A stretch of 64,000 bases of DNA from Utricularia gibba. Lineage: Eukaryota > Plantae > Magnoliophyta. The stretch spans positions 3,154,252 through 3,218,251 of the forward strand of contig NEEC01000013.1 in assembly GCA_002189035.1 (NCBI GenBank), in the 5' to 3' direction. Shown piece after piece: positions 19,076 to 34,757 of this stretch. The position numbers and the translations under genes are program-made. Within the stretch, counting starts at the first letter, position 1. Every line of letters begins with the position of its first letter. The notes beneath the pieces are model-generated. The model searched no databases and was not told the origin of the DNA. It saw only the letters and a list, made by a program, of their open reading frames with translations.

Positions 19076-20534
19076 TGAATCTTGAGCTTCGCACTGTAAG
19101 TGGTTCCTAATGCAATCAGTTTTTTATTTGTGTAATTGCCTATTTCACAAAACTCAGGTTTTTGCAACTCGTCAACTTGAGGAATAATTAGAAAATCACG
19201 TTGCAGGTCCTCTCGATTCAAATGAAACAGGATAAATGCTTGCACCTGGTGTAGATGCCTTATCTCAGACTCAGGTAATTGTGTTTTGTCTAGGAATTCT
19301 CGTCTCTTGCATTGAGTACGGATGTATGTCTAAATAGGATTCGGTATGCTTGAGTTCCGTGTACATATTCTTGATGGCGACATACAGTTGGTAGCAACAC
19401 GTAACCCTGTGCAGTAAAATCCGTCTGGTTGTATGTTTTGTTTCTGTTCATCGTCTGTATTAGCTTGTGGAGCATTTGTCTGATATCTGTTAATCTCGCT
19501 GGCTTGCGGCGAATGGTGTCTTTGCTTTTTTTTTTTTTAATCTTGCAACCTCACCCTTTTACGAGGCGAATGGTATCAACTATTGCAGAAACAGCTGGTC
19601 TCAGCTTGTGCATTTAGTTTGCCGTTAGTGTAATCTAATTGTCGTTACCTTTAGGCGTCCAGTCCAATCAATAATCTTTGATTATTGGGGCGGATGAATG
19701 GACAGCCAGCCCTCTCCGATACAGACAAAAAACAACTGTTTGCTTAGAAATTGCATGTGGGCGATTGTGCGGAGAACATGAGCGGTCTGGCTTGGTGGGC
19801 CATTTGGATCCTGTTCTTTTGTACCCGCACGCTACTCCGAAATACATGCAATGATTTGTTTGGCGGATCAGGGAAGAGAAACCCTGACGCCACCATGAGG
19901 GGAAGGGGTGTGGGTGGGGCTTGAAGTGGTATTAGGATTTGTATTTGCATTGGTATGCGAGGAGCGGATATGTGGTGTGAGTCAGCGTGAGAGCAACCGG
20001 GAGGCATCCCACCCCACCATCCCTTGCCCTGTAAAATCAACACCAGCAGCATCATTTGGTGATGGCAAGTTGGGTGCCCGCCCTACTTGGCCCACTTGGT
20101 CCGCCACTTGGTGGTGACCACAAGGAAAAGTACAATTTCCATGCAGACTGCAATACATCGCCAATGATGCTTGTGATGTGCCAAGGGGTAGAATGGTGAT
20201 ATATAAGCAAGTTCCTCGCGCAGGCACCCGCCAGCCTTGTATGTGTTCCGAAGTGGATTTAATAAATGTGATTGGCAGTTGGCAGCGCAAGGGATAAAGC
20301 CGGTGACTCAGCGGTCCGATTGATTCCAAGAATTTAAAAAGCGAATTTCTCTGGCTCACTTTTTTCGGGGAGTCCTTTTGGATGCATACGCGACTGGAAA
20401 GGTGCAACCTTTTGTGGCTGATATAACACCTCTGGTCTACTCTATACAGAGACAGACGTCGCCTGGACGTTTCGCCGCTCTTCTCGAGTATAACTCAGAG
20501 AGAGGAGGCCCGGTCGGGGGTGGCCGGAACACGG

Positions 20535-20561
20535 AAGAGGAGAGGAGAGGAGAGGAGAGGA
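20535..20561. repeat. (GAGAG)n pentanucleotide microsatellite in the CIPK 5' region
   Basis: gaggagaggagaggagaggagaggaga seen directly. Confidence 0.8.
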
Positions 20562-20616
20562 GATCCATTCCATCTCCATCGTTGCTGCTGCGGTGCGGTG
20601 GTCTGACTTTGATAAG

Positions 20617-23364
<2,748 letters not shown>

Positions 23365-24099
23365 AACTGTGGAAAAAAATGCACATAAGCTTTTCAATAA
23401 AAACCATTGAAGATTCAGCGGTCACGAAGTGTACATAAAAGGTCTCCGCTTGCTTGCCACCCCCACCCCCCATCTCCTGCTGTTATATATTCTTGGCATG
23501 CGTGTATTTGTTGTATACACCAGAGCAACATGAGAAAGATTTCTATCCATAATTGGTGTAGATTTCCGGCATGTGGAAACAAACCACGTCACATTGGTTA
23601 TTTAAGCTAAACAAAAATACGAGGGTTATGGGGGACTAGGTGTATGCACATTCAGATAAAAGCCTTTAAAATTTATGACTCGATTGCCAAATCCACGCAC
23701 GGTTTCTAATGAGTGAATTATGGCTCTCTCTGACCCGACCTTTAAAATGCAATGTGTCGTGCCGATCTTGATGCTTCAACGGGAACGGAGGAATCAGATA
23801 ACAGATTTCTACAGCTGTTGGCCGGCCCTGCATTCAGATGAGCAAGCAGGCTTCTTGATGATTCTGGAAGAAAGGGAGAACGGCTCAAGTGGAGGCCCAG
23901 AAGGCCAAGCTTTTCAGCGTCTTGATTAGCTTTCTCCAGCCTCATTTGGAAAAGAGTGAAACGGAAATATTTGCATTGCAAATTTGCAATACAGATCGAT
24001 CGTTGGATCGGCACCGGCAATAACCATGCCGCAGAAGGTGGGGGGGCCGGCAGGCTCGCATGCGCCTTGAATATTTTATTATCATCACTTCACCGCCAG

Positions 24100-25825
24100 T
24101 CAAGGAAGCGGCTCCTGGGAGTCCCCCAGCCTCGACAAATGAAGATAAGCATCTGTACCTGAGACAAGCAGGAGCTGAGTGATGCTGGGAAAAGAAAAGG
24201 TCACCGAGTCCATCCCGAAAGTGTGAGGATCAATTTACCATATCCTTCCATGGATATAATCTGCAGATCCCCACCAAAATATCTTGCATACAACCGGCTT
24301 ATGGGAAGCCCATACCCATAACCAGCCATTGTCATTGATGTTTCGATATCATCTTCAGGCCCTTCATTCTGAGGATTCTTTGCTGTACTGTAGAGGTAAG
24401 TGAAAATTCTCGGAAGGCCACTTCTAGGTATGCCACCCCCTTCATCAGATATCTAAAACAGAACAAATGCCGGGATTTAAGAACTAACTTGAAACAAATG
24501 TAACGGGAATGATTGAAATGAAAACCAGCCTTTATGGTGACATCCTCCAGCCCATCGGCAACCACAATCCGGACAGGAGGAGGAACCTTGTCGGAGTTGA
24601 TAAATTTTTCTTCAACAGCTCGAAGCGAGTTCTTAACTAACTCATACACCATCAAGTGCAAGTGTGAAGGTACATAACTGCCAAGAGGGGAAAGTAATAC
24701 CAGGGATGAACAGAGAAGCTGCAATAGCAAAAGATAAAAAGTAGTCCTCACTTACGGAAACGTGAACTCGGGATCGCCATAAATACTGATGTCGGGCGAA
24801 CTGCCATATCGACGCAAGCAAATGGCGCGAGCATCTTCACTGGCAGATCTTGCAACCTCCACGGGTGACATTTTAGTATGGATATAGCCTACACAATCAG
24901 GAGGCGGATTTGGATCATGCAACGCAACATGCTGCCCTGAGATCATAAGGAGAGACAAGCTCAGCATATCATTCTTATTCTAATGAGAAGCATGCAACTT
25001 GAAGCCAAACAAGAAATGCCAGGTACAGATTGATGCGTAGAGGTGGAGAAGGAGCAAACCGATGAGCATCCGAATCCCAATTCTGGACATATAAAATCGA
25101 TCTAAAAACTCATGAATTTCACCCAAATCTCCATAAACAAGCTTAGGATTAAGATCCTTCTTCAACTGCTGAACTCCTAGGGCCATCATGGGAACCACGT
25201 TGTTATGTCTAACTTTAATCCTTTTAATCATCTCCGTGAACTCCAGCTCATCAGCATTATCTTTGATATCCGGAAAGCTCCTAAGCTCGCGGAAGGATTC
25301 TAAGTACCAGTCTTTCACCTGAATAAGAAATATCGTGCGGCAGGAATTCAGATACACACAGGCAATAATTCAATATGCTAGAAGATTGTACTATCATGAC
25401 GCCTTCCCATAAACAGGATTAGCAAATACGTTAATTCAAGGGACCAGACTGTTCATAGGAATAAAGAGAAAAAAAATTTTCGAGCAGCAAAATTAACAAA
25501 GGTGAGTGTGTTGTTAGCATTATTGCAGAAGGAAGAATTAAGAGCCATTGATTGATTCCGGATAGAGTCAGAAGACCTTCAAGACGGCGGATTTTTTGGA
25601 CAAGCCATAAGGGAGGGACTCGAGTTCAATAGCACGGCGCGCGATTCTGATGGGCAACTCCTTGTGAAGAAACTGTGAAGCAATCAGCAAATTCCGGGGA
25701 GTAGGCCGGGAGCCGAATTCCATCATGTAGCGAAGGCTGACGCCATTCTGTTTCATGGCCCCAAATCGGCGGACTTGTTCCATCACCCCTTTGGAGATTC
25801 CCTCGAGAGCCTTGTTGGCTGCCAT
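24100..25825 (-). CDS. PDK: Mitochondrial pyruvate dehydrogenase kinase
   Basis: [108 protein letters not shown]. Confidence 0.95.
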
Positions 25826-27784
25826 TGAAGCAGCAAGCGTCCTCCTAGTCCTCGGCACAGATAAAAAGGTGGGGCGAATAACATCGATCGGCGTAACCAG
25901 CGCAAGCGCAATCAGGTAAAATCGAAACAAGGCAAAGTAGTGGTTTACCTCGAAATCACCGGCCAAACGATAAAAAGACAGACAGATATATAACAATATT
26001 ACTTACACACCTGCTCCTCTAACCTTGTGGTCCTGCGTAGCTGGAAAGCGTGCATACTCGATAAGAAGGAAATTGTTGAGGGTGACGGAGCGGGGGACCC
26101 AACCATCCTGCATCCTGCGTCGCTTACGTGGACACCGGACACGCAGATGGTGGCGATGAGATTGAGGGAGGGAGGGAAATTGACAGGCTTTTCCATGAAA
26201 TTAGAGCTCGGCAGGCCCAATTTACTTACTGGCTTGAGCTCGTGTTGGATACGATAACTCTTGCTCCTGAACCCAAATGGCAAAGAGTTTCCTACCCTAT
26301 ATCATTGCCAAAATGTTGTGTATATATTACCAACTCAACGAACCCAGCCAACCAGGGTAGATATAATTTGGCCTTTAAAACAAGGTTTGGTAATTGGATT
26401 AACAAAATACCCATGGGGTGAGTGAGTGCTGTGGCTGTGTTTGTGTAGCGAGAGATGTTCCAGTTCCAGTTGGAGTTCGACTCATGATTAGCCGAGGTGT
26501 GTTCGACTCAGCCCAGGCCTACTCCCGTCGGCCTCTCCATAAATTGCAAACCTTGGTCGGAAAAATCCAAACTTTCTACTGCAAGTGCACACGTGCATAC
26601 CTACCTGCCTAGCGCGCTCCATTCAACATTTGTTGGTGCCCCGTGGCCGTCGATTCTCCAGCGAGCGCAAGGCAACAGTCCAAGTCCATCTGATTGGGCC
26701 TTCTTTCCGTAAATATTCATTTCCAGATTATTTGAATGGGTCGCTCATTTTCCCCATCGCAACAACGCCACAACCTTTAATTTCATTATTTATTTATTAT
26801 TTATCGGGTGGAGTTAGTTCTTCGCTCGGGAGCCCGGCCTGCTGCATGCTCCAGAGTGTGTCCTAGTCGAGTCTTCCATGTTCCATCTCCCCTTCCTTTC
26901 AACCCCGTAACAAATGCATTGCATTCATATGGGTGATGTCATTATGCATTAATTGTGGCGCTGAAAGCTGCTTATTAACTAATTGTATTCCACTCCACTA
27001 AAAATGTACACTTTGATGATTGGTTCAGCAACCACCCCCACCCCCAGGTCAGATGTCCTCGCTTCTCCTCACTCAGTCATGTCGTGGCGCCTAGTCATTC
27101 ACACACTCATGAATGTGTGGTGCGGTATCATTTTTATATTGTATTCTAGTTTGGTATCCGCCAAGCAATCAACTTCAAGAGCCCCTCATTTGAAAATGCC
27201 TACTTAACTGATTTGGAAAAGTCAAAAACCTTCCGATTTGCTTTACTGGTGAAATTCGCCATGTATCCATTCCTTGCCTTCCTATCGATCAGCCCATTCA
27301 TTCTTCTTACTCGTCTCCTGCTGCTAACAACATATGCTTGCTGCATTCCCCTCTGCAGATTCTTTTGACTCGAGTGCCAGTACCCTGTCTGCCACAACAG
27401 ATGAGATACTCCTTTTTGTCTTCTTGGTAATAGGCGTCCCCAGCAGCAATTTTTGACTACAAAACATCCCTCTTGAATATAAATCCTTTGCCAGCCAGAT
27501 TGGCTGCGGCGATGCAACTGATGTTTGCAGAGATTTTCATCTGTACCCGAGCTTAGGCAATCTGGGATTTGGAGCTTTACCAACTTTCAGCCGGCCAAGC
27601 TCTCCCACCTCCTTGGCCGTCGTTTAACACAAATAAAGTTTGAACCTTCAACTCAGGTTTCTTGCTATTCTATATCTTTATGTAGGATTTTCGTCTTTGC
27701 TGCTTTTGCAGCTGCCATTGATTGTGAAAAGGATATTTTTCCGAATTAATTCTGTTAGTATTTGGCAGCCTCTCGAATTCTGCC

Positions 27785-29652
27785 ATGGGTTCTGGTTCCC
27801 GCTACGGAGGTCTGAAAAATGAAGTATTTTTTCACGTCGCTGTATGTATCGGTTTCGTGATACTTCTTGTTCTCGTGTTGCTGTTCGGCTGTTATGCTTA
27901 CAAGAAATCTAAGAAGGGGAAGGGGGCGTTGCCTACGGTTCGGAATACAGATGTGTCGGCAGAAATCAAGGACATAGGGGTAGACCAGAACTCAGCCAAC
28001 CATGCCGATCATACGGCATTTGTCTTCGATGTACCTGAAAACCGCAGTGATGAAGATGTGAAGGATGAGAACGTTCCAAATGTTACATCTTACGTTGAGT
28101 TCCGGGAGAAAAAACCTTCTCTGGTTGTGAATGAATTCATTGCTTCTTCTCCTACTGCTGGTCTTCCTGAGCTCTCTCATGCGGGCTGGGGTCACTGGTT
28201 TACATTAAGGGATCTTGAGATAGCCACCAACAGCTTTTCCAAGGAGAACGTTATTGGGGAGGGTGGGTATGGAGTCGTTTATAGGGGCCAACTGATCAAT
28301 GGGACAATTGTTGCTGTGAAGAGGATTCTAAACAACTTGTACGCCTTGACACCATCGTAAAAAGAGTAGCTCTTACATGCTGGCGTGATCATAGAAACCA
28401 TTGGTCTCTGATGCAGGGGACAGGTTGAGAAAGAATTCAGAGTGGAAGTAGATGCTATCGGCCATGTGCGGCATAAAAACTTGGTTAGGCTTATCGGTTA
28501 CTGCATAGAGGGCACTCATAGGTAGGTCTCCTATGTTCAGATGGAAAATTCATGGTTCAGTTTCCAGGATCGCCTTAACAACTACTTGGCTTCATATCAG
28601 GCTTTTGGTTTACGAGTATGTTAGCAATGGGAATCTCGAGCAATGGCTTCAAGGTAGGATGTCTGCAGGGTACCTCACATGGGAGGGGCGTATGAAGATA
28701 ATACTTGGCACAGCTAACGCGTGAGTTAGATGTGGCTTACTGCCTTTCTTCTCCCTGTAATGACAGTTTTTCTTCTTTCAGTTCATTCCCACTGCTTCTC
28801 ATAAACGAGTTGTTTTCTGTCTGTCCTTGTAGTCTAGCGTATCTGCATGAAGCAATTGATCCAAAAGTGGTGCACCGAGATGTGAAGTCAAGCAATATAC
28901 TTATCGACGATGAGTTTAATGCAAAGCTATCTGATTTTGGACTCGCCAAACTGCTGAGTGCTGGGAAAAGCCACATTATCACCAGAGTTATGGGAACCTA
29001 TGGGTGAGGATTCGCAAGATTGAAAATGTTAGCGTTATTTATAGCGAAACCCAACCCCGCCTTCCTTGTTGATCTAGCAGATATGTGGCTCCTGAGTATG
29101 CAAGCAGTGGCTTCTTAAACGAGAAGACAGACGTGTACAGCTTTGGTGTAGTCCTTCTGGAGACCATAACAGGCAGACAACCAGTGGACGACTCGCTCCC
29201 TGTCCATGAGGTGAGCTTGCATATTTTCACGTGCAATATGGGTTGGGTTGGCTTGGCTTGGCTTGGCTTGGCTTTGTTGGAGTCGGGTACTGAAATCCAT
29301 GGTGACGAGGCAGAAGAATATCGTGGACTGGATGAAGATGATGGTGGGAGCCAATAGGCCGGAAGAGGTGATAGACCCATTTCTGGAGGTGAGGCCTTCA
29401 ACATCTGACTTCAAACGAGCTCTGCTGATAGCCATGAGGTGCGTTGACTCCAACGTCGAAAAGAGGCCTACGATGAGCAAAGTTGTCCGAATGCTGGAGT
29501 GTAAGGAGTATCCCGTTGCAAGAGAGGTAGGGGCAGGGTGGTGTGAGTTGTGATAGTTAAGCCAGGTCTTCCTTTCCTTTCATCACTGAAACAAACTTCA
29601 GGTGCGCACAAGGCAGAAAGAGAGGGGAGGAGGAGGAACATCCGGCAGCTGA
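27785..29652 (+). CDS. Single-TM receptor-like kinase (RLCK-V type)
   Basis: N-terminal TM helix, [63 protein letters not shown]; last exon ends TGA at 29650-29652. Confidence 0.88.
29245..29272. repeat. (TTGGC)n pentanucleotide microsatellite in the RLK intron
   Basis: ttggcttggcttggcttggcttggct seen directly. Confidence 0.8.
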
Positions 29653-29963
29653 TTTCTTATACAAAACACGAAACCCAGTTTGGACTTGGAGCCAACAGCC
29701 ACTAGAAATTTACACACTTGACCCCAGGAGTGGTGCCCCCCGATCAATATTCCAAATTTGGGATTGCATGTTAGCTCTCATGTACAATCACAATTCACAT
29801 GCACCAGCAGTAGATATTATTCCATCGCTGGTGCTGTCGGATCTCGCAAACGCAGCCCTAATTCTAATTGAAATCCACTCCTAATTCTTTCCTCCGCCCT
29901 TCGCACGCGGGAACATAAATCTGACATCTTTGATAATTCGCCGTTCCAGATACCGTTTAAATT

Positions 29964-31688
29964 ATGGTCGGAGAGACCGAGGCCATTTGCCAAGCCACCC
30001 TCGCCATCAAGTGCCTTCGCATACCACCGACTCCCGCAGGAACCGATGCCCATTTTCTTCATGTATCACGGCCGGATGCGGCCTCAAACGCTCCTGTGGA
30101 GCTTTCTCGCCTGGACACGGTGAGCGTCTGCCATTTAACATCGGCCTAATTTTATTCAGGATGTTGATTCCATTTCTTTGTGTCTTTCCACGGTATCTCT
30201 TTGGCTGAGATTTGTATGGGTTCTCTACTTTCTTCGTTTAGGTTCTATTTTTCTGTTTTTGCGTTTGTTCTTCGTAGGATTCTTGTCTTGATCTGGGCTG
30301 GAGTGCCTTGTTTTGTCCAGCCTTTACCATGTGATGCAATCGTTTCTTTCGTTTCTGTGCTCGCTGGATCGGTGTCCATTCGAATTAATACACTTCCTCT
30401 TGGATCGTTATTCTTCGAATCAATATACTATCTCCTGGATTGGAGTCTTATACCTGCTTAAAAGAATATGTTCGCCACAGTTTCAACATGGATTTGCTTG
30501 TGTTTTGTTGGAAAAGCTGCGTCAACAGCTTCACTTGCATGCTGTGTTCTGTTCGATTAGAATTTGATCTAGGAATTACTGTTTTTTTCCCGCCAATCTT
30601 GTTCAGTCTCAAATGAAAGGTTATCATCCATGGGTCATCTCTATTTGATTTATTCGATATCTCTTATGCTTTCTAATGTTTTCATTGCCGTTAATCAGGC
30701 TTTTACCCGCCCAGCAAGGGTTGCTTCTATTAAACAAGCGGTCAGAGGGTACTGGCCTAGGATTAGGTCAGGAAGTCATACGGATACTGGAACTCGGAAT
30801 TCTAATGAGGATGAACATATTCGTATAGATGATTTGGGCACCCACATGGGGTCTCTCTACGCGTGGTCCGAACCAAGTTCTTTTTATGCTATATTTGATG
30901 GCCATGGTGGCCCTGCTGCAGCTGCTTACATGAAGAAAAATGCCACTAAACTTTTCTTTGACGACCCTAAATTGCCTCGAAAATCTGATATAGATGAAAA
31001 ATTTTTGCACGATTTGAAGAGTTTCCACAGCAGATATTTTTTGCTTGCGGATGAAGCTTTGGCTGATGAGTGCAACATTGTTGATTCATATTGTGGGACA
31101 ACAGCTCTTACTGCACTTGTTCTTGGAAAACATCTACTCATTGCAAATGCTGGCGATTGTCGAGCTGTTCTTTCTAGAAGGGGTGTTGCGATTCAGCTGT
31201 CCCAAGACCACAGAGCATCATGCCAAATGGAACAACAGAGGGTAAAGGGCTTGGGTGGTACAATTGAATACGGATATCTGAATGGTGAGCTTGCAATTAC
31301 AAGAGCCTTAGGTGACTGGTACATGAAACTCCCATTTGGCTCTCCGTCGCCACTTACAGCAGAGCCGGAACTGCAGTGTGTTCCGTTGAATGAGGATGAT
31401 GAATTCCTGATCATTGCATGTGACGGTGTTTGGGATGTGATGTCAAACCAGGAGGCCGTGAGCCTGGTCCGCTGTGAGCTGAGTTGCTACAATGATCCAC
31501 AGCGGTGCGCTGAGAAGCTCATCAGTAGTGCATTAATGCGGGATACCTGTGACAACGTCACAGCTATTGTCGTATGTTTTACCTCGAAGATTCAAGAATC
31601 ACTCCGCTCTAAAAGGCGGGCGTCACTGAGATTGTGCATGTCTGCGGAGGCCTGCGACAAGCTTAGGAGCCTGTTGGAAGAACGCTGA
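29964..31688 (+). CDS. Protein phosphatase 2C (clade G-like); exons 29964-30119 and 30699-31688
   Basis: MVGETEAICQ start typical of the clade; FYAIFDGHGG, ANAGDCRAVL, TRALGDW, IIACDGVWDV, DNVTAIVV; GT/AG boundaries keep the frame. Confidence 0.9.
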
Positions 31689-32176
31689 ACGAGAAAAACA
31701 AGAGACGTGTCCCGTGGAGTTTGCATGCAACACGACAACCTTCGCACGGGGGTGTTTGGTGTTGTTTATGGGAAACTTTCTTAAACGCGGGGCCATGCAA
31801 AAAGATTTGACTTTTATGATTTAGGTTATTTGAAAGAAGGAAAAAAAATAAAAATAAAAATTGATTAGTGATCAGGAATTGGGGATAAAGGAGGATTATT
31901 ATTTCTACACCCATGGCCATGGGGGAAGGATTCCTAACCGGGGCGGATCCGACATCAGGCAGAATGTGCATCTTCTTGTTGTTCTTCTTCCTGCCAGTCC
32001 CAGCAGCAATCACAAGACATTCCATTAGGAAGAAACCAGTAACCCTACACTGCGGACCAACAAAAAACTACAATTTTGTGTTGTTCATTTCACCCCTCCA
32101 CTCTCACAAGATCAGCATCAGGTCCACCGAGCAAGCAGCTGCAGCAACTATTATTATGTACACAGATTTGATTGAA

Positions 32177-34757
32177 TCACTCGGCTTTGCTTCGGTACAC
32201 AGGATGATTATCCAACGAAAAGCTGTCCAGGTTATACTCGTGTTCGCCTGGCAAAATGTCTTCCGACTGCATTGTTTAGAGAATACCAATGTTTATCATC
32301 TATGATAAGCATCACATCACAAGAAAAATTTGCATGTTTACCTGTTTCAGAAGTGCACTCATGAGATCATAACCTTCCAACTGATCGTTGAAAGGGTCGT
32401 TTTGGAAGCCCATAGCAGGGAACCTTTCAGCCTTAATTCTCGATGAGCTGCTGCTGCTGCTGCTCCCATGACCAACGGATGTGGTAATCTGATGGTTGAT
32501 GTTGCTAATTCTAGTCTTGGTCTCCTGAGAAGGTGTTGGTTGGACAACAACTGACGTAGGAATATCCATGCGTACTTGCAGGCTAGGCTGTTGGCGGGAT
32601 TCAAACGAAGGACCAATGCTGCTTTGATCCAATTCACCAGTTCTGTTCCGTTTTAGCTCATTCAGAGCAACAAAGTTTGCACCCAAAACTCCTCCGGATC
32701 CACCTTTAGGCTCAGACTCCATCTCCTCTTCGGCTGTCCCACTACAGGTGAAGGCCACATTTCTTGAGCTATTGCCCATAAGGGGAAATGACCCTGGTAA
32801 ATCCAAACGTTGACTCCTTGAGAAATCCACAATATTCGATGGCTGGGTTACTGATGAATAACTTGGCAAGTGAACATTCCCAAACCCGCTCCCTCCCAAA
32901 ATAGCATTCGAAACTCCTGAAGGCAAAGATGACTGAAGATTTAATACATGCCCAGAATTGATTTTATTCAAAAGTTGAGTCCTCAACTGGGGTTGAACCA
33001 TCTGTGGCATCATCATACTGCTTTGGTTAGACTGCGAAGGGATATGCATATTTATGTTACCAAAGGACTGCCCAGATTGATGTAGAGCAGCAAGCTGCTT
33101 AGAATCCATATTCGTTGGGATCCCATGTAGCAGATTTGTTTGCTTACTGCTATCATTCTGAGACTGCCCATTCATGAACCTTATCTTGGGACTTTCAAAG
33201 CTGAAAATGTTTCTCTGGTCAATTAATGTTTGCACCGATATCCCATGTAGAGGAGACAATGTCCCAAACGTTGCATCAGGGTTTCCAAGGAATGTATTTC
33301 CGATTCCACTCGGTTGCGGTAAGTTCAGTCGCCTAAGATAAAGGCGATACTTCTGCAACAATGTTTAGTCATTACTTTTAGGAAAAAGCAATCGACCAAC
33401 TAAGTATGATAAAAGATGATCTGATCAAACCTGAAGGTGGCTAGCCACATTCTCTCTAGTGAGTCCTGGAACATTCATAAGTTCCAGAATTTTCTTGGGT
33501 ACAGCTTCTGCAAACAACATGTGCGAGTTTGATGAGTCAAATAGACTAGTGAGATAAAAGTTAACGCAAAGCAAAAGAGAGAGGACTAGGAATGAGTCCT
33601 GTCCCGCCCCAGATAAGAGACATACTGTCTATTCCAAGCTGATTAACAGCATTGACGAACTGTTGATGAAGCTCAACCGACCAAACAACCCGCGGTTTTT
33701 TCAAAGTAGATGTATCATCCCTTTCTTCAGCCTCATCATCTTCTTCCTTCCTTTTCTTGGAACCACTTTTCCAGTTACCTTCATTCGCTGAAGAGGTACA
33801 ATCAGCGTCTTCAGAGGGTCTTTGCACCCTTTCGCCATCTTCACTTCCAGAATGCTCAAATTCCCTCTCCTTCAGAACCTGCTGCTTCCTGCGAACCACG
33901 TGCTGCCATATGTTCTTAAGTGCCTCCATACGAATGGGTTTTATCAGGTAATCGCAGGCACCATGAATAATGCCCTTCATCACAACATCTTTGCTATCAT
34001 CCGCTGACATCACTAAACCAACAACCAAAAAAAATCTCTCACTTTAAAGAGGTAAAGAAGACAAGCGCCTGATCCCTGAAATATTAACTTACTGATTACT
34101 GGCAGGTCCATTTCTAGACCAACGCACTCGAGAAGCTTGAAACCATCCATATCCGGCATGTGAACATCACTCAGAACAATATCGTATCCATCTTTGTTAT
34201 CTCTGAGTAGCTTCAAACCAGTTTCTGCTCGACTACTCTTCGTGACTGAAAACCACGAAGGACAGCAATATTGAAATACTACACCTTCTAAAAGAGTCAA
34301 CCTTACAGCAAGTACAGAACTAGTTCTACTCTGTGATCCAATTGAAACCTCTTCCTTGGATTTTTTTTATAAAAAACAGTTAGTTAATCGCACATCATAC
34401 TTGTTAAATTCAAAATACACACAAATATCGAGACCCGCACCACATCCACATGGAGGAGATGTATTAGATCTGTTGATGAACCAACCAGAGGATGCACGAG
34501 AAAATCATATCAGAAATTTCAGAAACAAGGCATAACCAGGAGAAAGACAACGACCCGCCGACACACAAAAATGCGTGCTTTGGTGTTACCAAACCTTGGT
34601 AGTGACAATTTAGGAGCATCTTCTCCAAGATCTTGAGACACGTGAGGTCATCATCGACGACAAGGACCCTGAGACCTGCGGGAAATTGTCCCGGAACTCC
34701 TTCAGCGGACTTGAAGCAATCAGTGGAAGTAGCAGTACAAGTCGGTCCAAGATTCAT
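32177..34757 (-). CDS. Type-B cytokinin response regulator (ARR1/ARR2-like: receiver plus GARP Myb-like domain)
   Basis: [31 protein letters not shown] (phospho-Asp intact), [32 protein letters not shown]; last exon [29 protein letters not shown] ends at 32177. Confidence 0.92.
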